Source: Mantamonas sphyraenae STR306 (lineage: Eukaryota > Protista > CRuMs). From it: a stretch of 64,000 nucleotides of DNA. Positions within the stretch are counted from its first letter, which is position 1. Every line of letters starts with the position of its first letter. This document shows, piece by piece, positions 11,794 to 23,900 of the stretch. The notes below the pieces were generated by a model that saw only the letters and a program-made list of their open reading frames with translations, did not search any database and had not been told where the DNA came from. The translations under genes and the position numbers were made by a program. The DNA lies in NCBI GenBank assembly GCA_026936335.1, contig JAPMXV010000056.1, forward strand, positions 186,001 through 250,000. The letters run 5' to 3'.

Positions 11794-13350
11794 TTAGCCT
11801 TGAAGCACCTTTGCCAGATCCTGTTGGCTTGCAAAGTAGAAGATTGCATCTGCCGCCGTTCGCGTCATGGTCAAGTGAGCTTTGGGATCCACATTGTCCA
11901 CTGTGTCACACTCTTGGTGGTAGCACGGGTCGTGAATGGCGTTGGCGAGCCCGCCAAACTTGCTTCGCTCGTCCATCGACTTTGTGCCGTCTGCACCGGT
12001 GCTGATGCTGCCGCCAGGTATTCCTGCCTCGTTGAACGGGGCATAGTCGCTGCGATCGTCAAAGGGCTCCACAGTGGTGTTGACCTTTTCGATGTCTTGC
12101 AAGTACGCCTTCATCCTCTTCGAGATGACTCCCGCCGCCGTTCGGATCCACGGCAGCAAGACGTCCGAGGGCTCAAACACAGCATACACGTAGTTGGGCG
12201 ATCCAATCATGTCCCAGTTCAAATGCATGGCAATCTTGGCCAGTTCGGCTGGCTGGTTGGCCTTGAGGTTGTTCACGTAGTACGTGCTGCCCACCAAACC
12301 CACCTCCTCCGCCGCCCACCAGCAGAAACGCACCTTGTTCTCCACTTTCACCAACCCACCACGCAGCAGACGTGCCAGGTTCAGTGCAATCGCCAGGTTG
12401 CCCGACGATCCGCTGCCGTTGTCGTTGATCCCTGGGCCCGCAGGAACGCTGTCCAGATGCGAACCACTCAGGACCACTCTGTCGTCCCGTCCCATCTTGG
12501 TTTGTGCAATCACATTGGTCGTCCCAACCGTCGGGAATGCACTCAGCGACGACATGAACAGCTGAAGGTTCTGCACTGCTGCAAGTGTCTCGCCAATGGC
12601 CTTGGTTGTCACAAACGCAGGGAATGCACGCGGCACGTCCAAGCTGGCGCGGAACAGTCCCAAGTCCCGGATTGTCTCGCCGTGGTTGAACACAAGCAGG
12701 CCGGAGGCGTTGTACTTGGCTGCCATGTCCGCCTTTTCCACAAACGAGCAGTTGCCACGCTTGACCAGAGCAATGTTGCCACCCATGAACCCTGCATAGT
12801 CACTGTCAAAGCATCCCAGGCCCACCACACTCACGTTGGCCGTCACGTTTGCGCTTCCGGAGAACTCAAACGCAACAAAGTCCTTGTTGAGTTCGTACTT
12901 CTCCACACCAGGGTGCACACGCTCCAGCACGGGCGTCGCCAGCGGCTGCCACGACTGGAATGGAAACGTCTGCACGCTCACATCAAACTCGGGCTGCTCC
13001 TGCAGAAGCTGCACCACGTAGTCCACGCTGTAGTTGTACCCCTGCGTCCCAACCGCTCGGTTGCGTCCAGGAGACTGGTATGCGATGCGCTCCAACTCGC
13101 GCAGGTGTGTGTTGAGCTGGTCCGACGTCACAGAGAATGCCAAACGCTGCCCTTCTGGCACAAACACCTCTGGAGCAGCGCCAGCCAAAGCTGCAATCAC
13201 AATCACCACAATCAGGAACAGCACAGCCAGCGGCACCACCACGCGCTTGTTGGGGATCTTGTCCCATGCATCGCGCAGACAGCCACACGAGCCTCCACGT
13301 CCGTTGTTTCCACCTCGCAGCGGTGTCGTGTCCTTGGGTTCTTCGCGCAT
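11794..13350 (-). CDS. PA-domain M28 aminopeptidase, copy B (intact)
   Basis: Uninterrupted ORF from MREEPKD with all M28 metal-ligand motifs (SHLDSV, DNGSG, AEE, LNWDM, DPCYH). Confidence 0.92.
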   Translation of the reverse strand: MREEPKDTTPLRGGNNGRGGSCGCLRDAWDKIPNKRVVVPLAVLFLIVVIVIAALAGAAPEVFVPEGQRLAFSVTSDQLNTHLRELERIAYQSPGRNRAVGTQGYNYSVDYVVQLLQEQPEFDVSVQTFPFQSWQPLATPVLERVHPGVEKYELNKDFVAFEFSGSANVTANVSVVGLGCFDSDYAGFMGGNIALVKRGNCSFVEKADMAAKYNASGLLVFNHGETIRDLGLFRASLDVPRAFPAFVTTKAIGETLAAVQNLQLFMSSLSAFPTVGTTNVIAQTKMGRDDRVVLSGSHLDSVPAGPGINDNGSGSSGNLAIALNLARLLRGGLVKVENKVRFCWWAAEEVGLVGSTYYVNNLKANQPAELAKIAMHLNWDMIGSPNYVYAVFEPSDVLLPWIRTAAGVISKRMKAYLQDIEKVNTTVEPFDDRSDYAPFNEAGIPGGSISTGADGTKSMDERSKFGGLANAIHDPCYHQECDTVDNVDPKAHLTMTRTAADAIFYFASQQDLAKVLQG

Positions 13351-13402
13351 CAAGGGTTTTCGGTGCCTCGGCCCGTGCCACGCGTGGACACATGACAAAT
13401 CC
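12231..13402 (-). repeat. Right arm of inverted repeat (partner 2395-3570)
   Basis: Direct sequence comparison with the left arm. Confidence 0.9.
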
Positions 13403-13461
13403 AAAAAGACTCAGAATCGTGCATACACCTCATTTTATGGATGGATGCAATTTTTTTCTGC

Positions 13462-16400
13462 TCACTCCCATTCGTCTTCATCATCCTCGTCGTCAAAATC
13501 AAACTCGTCGACTTCGTCGTCGTCGTCTTCGTCATCAAACAGTGCCGAGTCGTCCAGATCATACTTCGGGGCACTTGCTGCTGCGCGACGGCTTGAGCGT
13601 GCACGCGGGGCAACCTCCACTGCTTCCTCATCCTCTTCACCCTCGCTGTCCGAGAACGCCAGATCGATCTCCATCTTGGCCTTCTTCTTCTTCACCGGAG
13701 CAGCCTTCTTCACCGGAGCAGCCTTCTTGGCCGGAGCAGCCTTCTTCACCGGAGCGGCCTTCTTCACCGGAGCGGCCTTCTTCTTCTTGGCCGGAGCGGC
13801 CTTCTTCACCGGAGCGGCCTTCTTCACCGGAGCGGCCTTCTTCACCGGAGCAGCCTTCTTCACCGGAGCAGCCTTCTTCACCGGAGCAGCCTTCTTCACA
13901 GGCGAATCCTCAAAGTCGTACTCCTCATCATCATCAAACGCATCCTCATCATCTTCAAACGCATCATCGTCATCCTCGTCGTCAAACAGTGCCGAGTCGT
14001 CCAAATCATACTTCGGGGCACTTGCCGCTGCGCGACGGCTCGAGCGTGCTCGTGGTTCCACCTCTTCACCTTCACAATCGTCCGTGTCCAGCGACTCGAA
14101 ATCCTCGATGTCGTCCTCCAACTCGTCCTCGGAATCCCACAGCTCCTCCTCCACCACCTTCTTGCTCGCCTTGGCCGTCAGCTTCTTCTTTGTCGCTTTG
14201 ACGCCCGTTTTCTTCTGCCGCTTGGCCATCGGGCTGCTCGCACTGTCTTCCATGCGCAACTTGAGTCGTTCCGCGAGTGACATGGTCGAGATGGCCTCCA
14301 GCTCCGCGTCCGAGTCGTCATCTTCCAGCAGCTCCATCACCTCCTTCTTGCTCTTGCTGCTCTTGCGGTCCGACTTGCGCTTCTTTCCACCACCGCTGCT
14401 TCGCTTGCTCCCAGTGCTACCTGCACTGCTCGCACTGCTTGAGCTGCTGCTCGACACGTCCAGATCCATGCTGCTGTTCCCTCCGGCCTCCCCTTCCTCC
14501 TCCTCAGACACCTCCTTGATCTCCTTTGCCTTGCGCACCCGGTTTCCGTACTTCATCAACCGGCGGTTCACGTCTTCTGCGCTCACCTTCTTGTAGCTGC
14601 TGCTGCTGCTGTTGGCCCCGCTGTTCTTCTTCTTGCCTCGCTTGCCTCCCTTGCGCGACTTGTCGCCACGTTCGTTCAGCAGCAGTTCCTGCAGTTCCAC
14701 TTCGTACGCGTCCAGCTCTGCCTCCAGAGCCTCCAAGTCCTGGCGCCACAGGTCCTGTTCGCTGGTCTCCAGCAGCTCCTCCATCTCAGCCTTCTTTGCC
14801 TCCCACTCTGCTTTCAGTGCCTCCACCTTTTCCTCCGTCAGGCTCCACATCTGCATCGACAAGAGGTAGTTGTATCCAGCCTTGAGTCGCTTCTGAAGCT
14901 CCTCGTCTCCTTCCTCCTCCTCTTCCTCCTCCTCGTCGTCGCCGTCCACCCGGCGGTCTTCCACCTTTTCCTCCTTGCAGATAAGCTTGAATCCCAGGTC
15001 GTGCAGCTCCTGCAGCAGCTCTGCCTTGGCACGCTTGCTCACCTGCAGTTCATCGTCGATCACCATCTGGATAAAGCGCACCTTGTTCTCCAGCTTTTCG
15101 GCCTCCTTCATCAGTTCGTCCACAAGGTACTGCTTGCGCTTCACGTAGAAGTGCAGACGCGTCACGAAAAACTCCTGCATGATGCTCTCAGCGCTGCGGT
15201 ACAGCTTCAACTTGCCGTCGCGGTTGTGCAGCGTCATGTTGGACGTGCACACACTTCCGGTCAGCTTGAAAAACTTCAACAGGCCTCCCGGGGCTGCCTC
15301 TGCCTTGTCCAGAACCGATGCGTCCGTCACAGTCACCTCAAAGTCCACGCTCAGGTTTGTGCAGTTGTTGCCGATGCTCTTGATCCATCCCGACGAGCTG
15401 CTCTTGCTGTTGCGGTGGATGTTGGTTTCCAGCCAACCTTTGTACGCGTTTGTCCACTTGCCCACAGGCAGCTCCGTGATGCGCACTTCGGTCTCGCTGA
15501 TGCGTTCCACACGACCCAGGACCTCGTACGAGTCGGTCTTGCGCGCCTTGAGGTGAATGTCACCCGTGAAACCGCGGTAGAATGGCTTCAGCTCCACATC
15601 GGGCTCCGCACCGAAATCCGCAGCAATCTCCGCATAGCTGCGCTCGTCAATGTGCAGCTTGGTCAGGATCCACTCGATCAGGTCGTACGGGTCAAAGTTG
15701 GGCACGGTGCTGCTGTAGCCGTTGCCGATGCCCTCGCTGCCGTTTACCAGCACTGTGGGGATCACAGGCACATAAAATTTGGGCTCCGTCTTCACGCCGT
15801 CATCGTACGTGTGCTGCAGGATAGCATCGTCCAGCGGGTTGAACATCACGCGTGCAATGTTTTCAAGCTTTGTAAAGATGTATCGAGCACTGGCGTGGTC
15901 CGAGCCACCGTCCGCACGGGTGCCAAACTGTCCCAGCGGCTGCAGGAAGTTGATGTTGTTGGAGCCCACGTGGTTCTGCGCCATCTTGACAATGGTCTCG
16001 GCCAGCGACTGCTCGCCGTGGTGGTACGCACTGTGCTCCGACACGTAGCCGGCCAGCTGCGCCACCTTGATTTCTGCGCCCGTCAGCTTGCGCTTGAAGC
16101 AGCCGTACAGCACCTTGCGCTGGCCCGGCTTCAAGCCGTCCATCACGCTGGGAATTGCTCGCTGGTTTGCTTCGTTGGCGTACAGCACCAGCTCCTTGTT
16201 GACAAAGTCCTGGTAGGTGAGCTCCGTCTGCGTGTGGTCCACAAACGTCACCTCGGCCGCCTGCTTCAGCCACAACTTGCGCTGGTCAGCACGGTTCTTG
16301 GCAAACACCATGTCGATGGCGTCGTGGTCCACGTCTTGGTCCTCCGAGTACGTAAAGTTGATGACGTGACGGTCCAGGTCCGAAAAGTACTCCTTGCCCT

Positions 16401-18572
16401 CCTTGGCTGTGCTTGTACCCAGACCCTTGTAGTACTTGATGCTCCACTTCTTGGCCTCGCCCGCCTGCTCCACTCCCTGCTTCCATTCCTCGTACTCGGG
16501 CACGGTGAAAAACACCATGGTGTCGGCCGCCTTGCCACGCCCGCCGCCGCGTTTGGTGGCCTTGACAATGGGCGTGACAAACTCCTGCAGGAAGCCCATT
16601 TCCGGGTCCAGCAGCTCGGGCCAGAACTTTTCGATAAAGTTGATCACCAGACCCTTGATGTGCGAGCCATCGAAATCTTGATCGGCCATGATCATCAGGT
16701 GGCCGTAGCGAAGGTCCTTCAGGGTCTCGCGCGTGTACGACTGCTTGTTCTTCAGACCCAAGATCTGCTTCAGAGCCGCAATCTCCTTGTTGTCGTTGAT
16801 CTTCTTGGCTTCGGCGTCACGCACGTTGAGCAACTTGCCCTTGAGCGGGAACACGCCGTAGTACTTGTGCGATTCCTCGATGGCGCTGAGGCCAGAGACG
16901 GCCAGTGCCTTGGCCGAGTCACCCTCGGTGATGATGAGCGTGCAGTGGGTGCTGTTCTTTGTGCCGGCGTACTTGGCGTCCTTGAGCTTGGGGAAGCCGC
17001 TGAGCATCTCGGTCTTTTTTCCGTCCGACTTGCGCAGCACTGAATTCTCCTTGTAGTGCAGCCAGTGCTCGATGCGCTGGATGACGCCGCTGTCTTCAAC
17101 CTCTTTCAGGTAGTTGTCGGACAGAACGCACTCGGAACCAAACTTGGCCGGCTTGAGAGTCAGGGCCTCCTTGCTTTGCGAGTTGAACGACGGGTTCTCG
17201 ATGAGACAGTTGACAAACACAATGAGGTGGCTCTTGACCTGGAAGGGCTTGAGTTGTGTCTTCTTGTGGTTCTTCTTGATGACCTTGATGAGGGACTCTG
17301 CAATCTGGTCGGCGACGTGGTTGACGTGCTGGCCACCTGCGCTGGTGCAGATGCTGTTGACGTAGCTGATCTGCTTGAACTGGCCGTCAGAGATAGACAC
17401 GGCCACCTCCCAGCGGCCCTTGCTGTCTGCGTGGGACGAGCGGTAGTAGAGGAGAGGAAACTCGGCGGGAGTGGCCTCCTCGACCGCCTTGGCCTTTGCA
17501 CTCTTCTTCTTGCCACCCTTCTTGGAGGTGGACGTGCTGCTGGACGATTCATCAAGTGCAGCGGCGGCCTTGGCGGCGTTGTTGTTGGGGTTGTGGGGCA
17601 GTGCGTCGATGAAATGCTGAACGTACTGCTTGAACCCGTTGATCTTGATGCGTTCGCCGTTGAGGTAGACCTTGAGGCCGCGGCAGACGCCAGCCATGTC
17701 GTAGACGCGCTTGGACATGAGATCGATGGTGTCCTTGTCGAGAACGGTCATGCCGAAGCGCTTGAGGTCTGGGCAAAAGGTGATCTGGGTGTAGTTGTCG
17801 CCATCCGGGTTGTCGCTGATGTTGGGCTCGTCCTTGGTGCGCATGTTGTTGCGGAACACCTGCTCAAACACCTTGCCGTTGTAGGCGTCCGCCGTCTTGA
17901 CGACAAAGCGGGTGCTGTAAATGTTTGTGAGCTTGGCACCGTAGCCGTTGCGGCCGCCGGTGACGCGCTTCTCGCTTTGGTCGTAGTTGGACGAGGTGAG
18001 CAGCTCGCCAAAGATGAGCGAGGGCACAAGCATTTTCTCGTCCTTGTGCATCTCGACAGGAATACCGTCGCCATCGTTGAAGACGGTGATGGTGTTTGTC
18101 TTTGCGTTGATGTCCACACGCAGGGTGGTCATGTTGTCCGCTCGCTTGTGGTTGTCGGCGGCGTTGACGAGGATCTCGTCAAAGATCTTGTACAGACCTG
18201 GAACGTAGGAGATCTTGCGCTCGTGCAGGCCCTCCTCCTGGGAAAACACCCACATGTCTGTGTCTTGCTGCAGGGAGCAATCGCAGGGAACCACACGAGG
18301 ATGTGAGTGGGCGGGAGTCCATGGGATAGACAATAGGAAATGGAGTGGAGGGCGAGTCGAGGAGGCGGCAAAGAACGTACAGATTCAACAGAACCGATGT
18401 AGGTGTCGGGCAGGGTGAGGATGTGCTCGAGCTGGGTTTTGCGCTGGTAGATGTCCTCGACGGCCTTGCCGGACTTGGCGCCACTCTTGGCCCAGTGGTT
18501 GGAGTGGGAGCCCTTGGAGGGACCCACGTTGGGTTTTGCATTCTCCAGATCGTCCATGTCGTCCAAGGACAT
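13462..18572 (-). CDS. TOP2: DNA topoisomerase II (type IIA), one intron ~18380-18268
   Basis: YQRKTQLEHIL..PDTYIGS, KIFDEILVNAADN, GGRNGYGAKL, TLIITEGDSAKA, PLKGKLLNVR, MADQDFDGSHIKGL, YYKGLGTS, ASARYIF (catalytic Tyr). Confidence 0.98.
13682..13903 (-). repeat. 18-bp tandem repeat encoding ~11x KKAAP(V/A) in the TOP2 C-terminal tail
   Basis: Plus-strand TTCTTCACCGGAGCRGCC array. Confidence 0.95.
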
Positions 18573-19037
18573 GGCGTTCCGGTTGCTGGTTGTGCTTTGC
18601 GTGCGCTGCAAAGTGAGGTGTCAGGAATTTGAATTTTGCACAGGTGATCCGAGCAAAACGCGCGTGCGGGTGTAGATAGAGACATGCAAACGGAAGAAGA
18701 GGCACACCAAGTGGCGTCATATGCGCCCACCGACGCAGGACAGGGCTCACCTTTGCGGATGCAGTCGACATTGTGCGGATGCGAGCAAATGTGCGTGTGC
18801 GGTTTTGGTTTGCTTGGCAGGAAGCGCGCGCGCAAAGCGGCAAACGGTCGAAAAGTTCCTGACTCGACCGCGCAAGTCAGGAATGCAACGGAAACATGGG
18901 CCTGGAGCTCCACAGAAGGTAGTATGTGCAGTTTCAGAGTGTTTGCAGAGAAGGGGTGGGTAACGAGCCGGGATGCATGGATGGGGACAGGCTGGATGGC
19001 GCAGTCGGAGACAAGACAAAGGATTGACAACGAAGGC

Positions 19038-20665
19038 ATGTCGCAACAGTACTCGTTCCCCATCCTGGATGCACAGGAGATTGTGCAGTGCATGCATGAA
19101 CTGAACATTGAAATCACCGTTGCGGAGCTGAAGAAGCCTGAGGCAGGGACAATCCGGCCGGTGTACGAAGGATTGACGGAGCTGCTCATGGGCTACTCGC
19201 GGGAGGAGCACATGCAACCCGAGTTTGACCTGATGGAGTTGCTGGACTTTCCGGAAATGCACGAGGAGAGCATTGCGGAGTTTGAGTTCAACAAGGCTCT
19301 GTAAGTGAGCGGCGTGCTTTTCGTGCTGGCCGTTTGACACCTTGGCGCCAAAAGCAAAACGAGCAAAAATCCGCAGCTTCTGACACTGCCCACCACACCA
19401 CACGCACTGGATATGTGCGCACACGCAGGAGCAAGCTGATGAAGGGTGCGGGAATCCGGGACTTTTCGACGCAGGATGTGATGAAGCCGACGTTCAAGCG
19501 CACGGTACGCAACCTGTCGGCGGTGGTGAACCTGGCAAAGTTCCGCGAAGAGCGCCTGGCGGAGTACCAGCAACTGACGGCGGAAACGGACGGACTGTTG
19601 GACGAACGCATCGAACTCGAGGAGGAAAACCAGCGCCTGGTGGACAGCGTGCGCCAGATTAAGTAAGTGGTCGGCAGCGAGAGGCGATTGGGAATTGGCG
19701 CGCCAAGGAACGGCTGGGCTGACACGGGATGGCGATGGCGATGGACACACGCACAGGGAGCAACGCGAGCAGGAGGAAATGGAGGTGGAGGAAGTGCAAG
19801 CAGAGACGGAGCGCTTGGTGGAGGAGATTACGCAACTGAACAGCAAGCAAGCCGAGTTTCAGCAGGACATCAAGGACATGAAGAGTGCCAACCAGGAGCT
19901 GAAGCTGAACTTGGAGAGTGCACGTGCGTCGGTGATGGATGTGCAGGAAGACGTGGACCGTCTGCGCAGCAAGATTGTGTCGTCGCCAGACAAGATGGTG
20001 GCACGCATCGAGAAGTTGAGGCGGGATCTGGAGGATGCCGAGGAGCATGTGAAGCAAGCCAACGCCGACAAAAAGACAAACGGAGACAAGCTGAAGGCAC
20101 TGGGCACTGTGAAGAAGGTAAGGGAGAGATGTGTGGAGCTGCGCGCGTCACAAAGTAGATGCACAGGCACTGACACCCTGTGCAGGAGCTGAAGCGTGTG
20201 AACAAGCTGCTGGACGAGCTGCAAGAGGAAGCCGACAAGGTGTCTGCAGTGTACAGGGAGATCGAAGGCAACCTGGAGCAGGTGAAGGAGAAAGAGGAGC
20301 GATCAAAGGAATTGCAAGAAGCGAACGAGAGCCTGGAAAAGGTGCTGGAGGCCACCATGACACGTTTGGAGCGCTTGGAGCACCAAAAGGAGTGCAAGAG
20401 CAAGGACATTGCATCGGATTTTGCGTCTGCGGAGAAGAAGCTGAGCGAGATGCGTCAGAAGGAGAACGCCACGAGCGTCAAGGCAGCAGAGACGAGCTCG
20501 AAGGAGAACCAGGTGAAGAAGGAGATCGATGCCATGACTTACAAGCATGAGGCTGAGGTGAACGCCCTGCGGGAGCAGTTTGACAAGCTGGAGATGAACG
20601 TGAACGAGTACCACCGCCAGCTGTCTGCAGAGATGGGCAAGAGCGTGAGCGCAGCTCTGCGTTGA
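19038..20665 (+). CDS. NUF2: Kinetochore protein Nuf2 (4 exons)
   Basis: MSQQYSFPILDAQEIVQCMHEL..LKKP, DFSTQDVMKPTFKRTVRNLSAVVNLAKFREE, and LRSKIVSSPDK coiled coil. Introns 19301-19428, 19663-19756, 20118-20185. Confidence 0.92.
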
Positions 20666-20704
20666 CGTGCATCATGAATACGCACGCATGCACACATACA
20701 AAGA

Positions 20705-20732
20705 CACCACACACACACACACACGCACACAC
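20705..20732. repeat. (CA)n microsatellite
   Basis: Visible CA run. Similar CA/TG runs at ~42101, ~49780, ~52987, ~53716-53772 and ~54196-54225. Confidence 0.9.
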
Positions 20733-20758
20733 GGGGGGTGATGAGGAAATGGAACCAA

Positions 20759-20940
20759 TTGTTGGCGTCAGCCGGCTGTGCACACAGGCAGAGCACGACA
20801 CCTACAACTTAAAGGTGCGCCTGGCGGTGAAACACGGCGACAATGCCTGCGGGGTTGGTGATACTAACCCGCAGGACCCCTCTTGTGTATGTGTTTTGTG
20901 CTCTGCAAGTCTGCCCATGCCGGCTGCGAAATCAAAAATC
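20759..20940 (-). ncRNA. Putative Fanzor omegaRNA scaffold
   Basis: Nested inverted repeats directly 3' of the nuclease stop: CAGCCGGC 20769-76/GCCGGCTG 20919-26, GCAGAGCAC 20788-96/GTGCTCTGC 20898-906, hairpin CCTGCGGG..CCCGCAGG 20846-75, and small hairpin CGCC..GTGAAACAC GGCG 20818-39. Confidence 0.6.
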
Positions 20941-23900
20941 TCACTCCTTCCCCCCTCCCTGTACATCCGCTCGTCGCTTCCCAGCAATCCTTGCACTTCT
21001 CCTCGTAGGTTGCGCCATCTCTTCCGACTGCTTGTCTTGCTCTTGCAACGTAACCTCGATCACCTCCGTTTTCGGCTCTGCATCTCCAAACACGCGCTGC
21101 AGGCACGCTTTCAGCTCCTCCTCTGCGCATTTCTTCTTCTGCGCTTTCTTGCACCTGGGGCTAAATGCCTCTGGCTCCTTCCCCGTTGCCCACAAGCACA
21201 TCATCCGCCACACGATTCCCTGGCAGCCCCGCACATCGCGGTCCGAGATAACCGGCAGCCCAATCTTGTCCTGAATGTACGCAAACAGAGCCGTGCGTTC
21301 GTTGTGGTGGTTTTGGGACCCTCCACAGTGCAGACAGGCCAACTGGCGATCCCACTTGGACACAGTGTGCTCCACCGTGCGTGTGAGTGCCCGCCCGCAA
21401 ATGCACACGCTGGACGTGTGCCACTCAGCCACATCCACCCAAGGCATCTCCTCTGCAATCAGTGTGTTGACCCTGTTCGAAAGCGACAGCCCGCCATAGA
21501 ATTTGCTCTGTGCGAGCAGCACACAGTGAGATTTTCCGAAGGCCCTTGCAACCTGCCGCGTGATGCTCACCAGACGCTGGGCCTCTTGTCGTAGTACCTT
21601 TCTGCTGTGTTCATGCTCGGCCCTCCACTTGTGCTTGTCTTTGTGCTTGTCCAACCGTGCGAGTCGATGCAGGTGGGCCTTTGCGCGCAGGTCTGAGTGC
21701 GACGGGTTGCCGATCTTGTGTTGCAGGAGCTCGTTCCCATCCCACACAAACACACAGTATGTGTCTTTGCGTCTCCCAATGTCGTCCACGAGGAACACCG
21801 TGTCCTTGACAAGCGATGGGTCGCCGTGGATACCCGAAAAGTCCCGTTGGTGCTTCCTTCCCGTACGGCGATGACCAGGCACACGGGCAAGCCAGTCAAA
21901 CCCCAGGTCGAATCCAAACGCCTGCACGACCTGTTTGCCCAGCCCAGCCCGCTTGGCCGTCACCAGCACGCGCACAAAGTCTTTGGCAAGTTGCCGCTGG
22001 GTGTGCACGTCGTGTGCTTTGCTCAGGTTCCCACGTGCATTGTCGATCGCCCTCCTGAACCCATCAGTGGGCTGGAGGATCTCCTGCAGGTCGTTGGTCT
22101 TTGCTGTTGCCTTCGCAGCCTTGTACAACACGACGCGAAGCCTCCCTTCTGGTGACACGCTCCACCCACCGCACCATGCGTCGAGAATCTGTCGGCTCAT
22201 GCGGCTCACCAGGGGAGCCATGAAGAGCAGCATTGGCAACGCCGCAAGTGCTGGCGCCGTGAGCCCCGAGTGCTTGTCAACAGGAAGCCCATGAACCCTT
22301 CGGTGCCAGCTCGCGTCGTACTCGGCTACGGACAGGTACTCCTCCTTATACAGGAAGGGAGACGTCTTGACCACGTCCCAATGCGCCAGTGCATCTGCTT
22401 CTGACTTCACTGAGCCCGTTGGCAACAACGCGCTCAACCCACCGCCCGGATTGAAATGGGTTGGGGTGAGAACGAGTTGCTTGTCGTCGCTGTTGAACTG
22501 TACACCAGAGCTTTTCAGGTATTGAACGACTGCGTGGTCGACAGTGTCCTCCGCCTGCTCCTCCCCATCGTCCTCTTCCTCCGTGGTCGTGTCCGTGTCG
22601 AAAAAGTTGGTCACCCCGTCGTTCTCCAGAATCTCACCCAAGTGCTGCAGCATTGCGACACCCTGTTGGCCGTGTCGCTTCCTGTACATACTCTTCACGT
22701 GCTCCCTCCACTCACGAGTCGTGTGCGTCTTCTTCCTCTTCCAGTCCAGCACCTTCCAATTAGTCGTGCTCATTTCGTGGTTAGACAGCGTCTTCAGCAC
22801 CCCGTTCACCGTCCAGTATTCCAACCTGGCGATTGCACACACAGCGAGGTCTCGCGCTGCAGTCACTGCCTCAGGGTTTTGCGAATCGCCGCCGAGCAGG
22901 TCCAGCGCCTCAGCCACACACTTGCCAAAGCGGATGGGCACAGAAGACGCTGTCACCTTTGCCTTGACTTCTGCTGCAGTGAACTTGACCAGGGTTTCGC
23001 ACATGGATGGGGAGAGGGTCGGCTTTGGGCCGAGCTCAGTCGCTGCTTCTGTGTTGCTCCGGGCCGCCTGGAAGGCGAGTTGCAGCGTTGATACGTTCGG
23101 TACAAGCTCTTGATCACGACTCGACAGCGCTGCTTTAGCCTTTTGCTTGCTGGCGCGGCTGAGGCGTGCGTCTCCAGCTCGCTCCCGCTCCTTGGGCTCA
23201 TCCAGCCGCAGCAGCTTGTTCACGCGTGCCATTTCCTCCACCTTCACGTCGTTGGCAAGCCTCGAAACAGCACACAGCTGTGTGGCTGCCGTACACTCGT
23301 GTGCAGGTGCCCATTGGGAAGAGACGCTTCCCAACGACTTTGTCACTTCTGCCAGCTCCTTCCAGCGCATCATCTGCAGCAGGTATTTGAGCAGACCAAG
23401 CTGCGTGGTGTCGAGCGTCGTGTCCTGCTCCATCGTGTTTGCCACACTGCTGCTCGATGCCACCTTGCTTCTTTGTGGCTGCAACTCGTCGCGTGCATCG
23501 ATTTCGTCATCATCCCTGGGCGATTCTCCGTCTCCCTCGGCACCTGGTCGATCACGTTGCAGCCTCTTCACCATATCCCCAATGACCGTTGCCTCCTCTT
23601 CCGACAGTTGCGGTCCCCCTTGAGCCGGTGGGCTCATCAACACACGGAACGCTTCCTTGAGATCCTCGTCCACGAAAACGGACGGGTTGCGCGGTAGCAC
23701 GGAGTGCATGCTCACGTTAACAACCCCCCTCTTGCCGTCCTTGAGCTCCACTTCATGCCGTTTGTGGACTGCAAGTGTGTGTGGAAGCTGAATGGAGTGT
23801 TCAACCAATACGGGTTCGGCAAGCAGGTTCACGTTGCCTGTGGATGCGCGCGCGTAGGTGCACAGCCTGTTGAGCAGAGCCCAGTCCATGGTATCCGTGC

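Noticed and set aside
2395-13402. Inverted repeat as TIRs of a DNA transposon or Polinton
   Set aside because: The arms are aminopeptidase coding sequence; no transposase, integrase, polB or capsid gene lies inside.
13682-13903. 18-bp arrays here, at 24455-24575 and repeats at 56141-56760 as non-coding or guide arrays
   Set aside because: All are in-frame coding low-complexity repeats.
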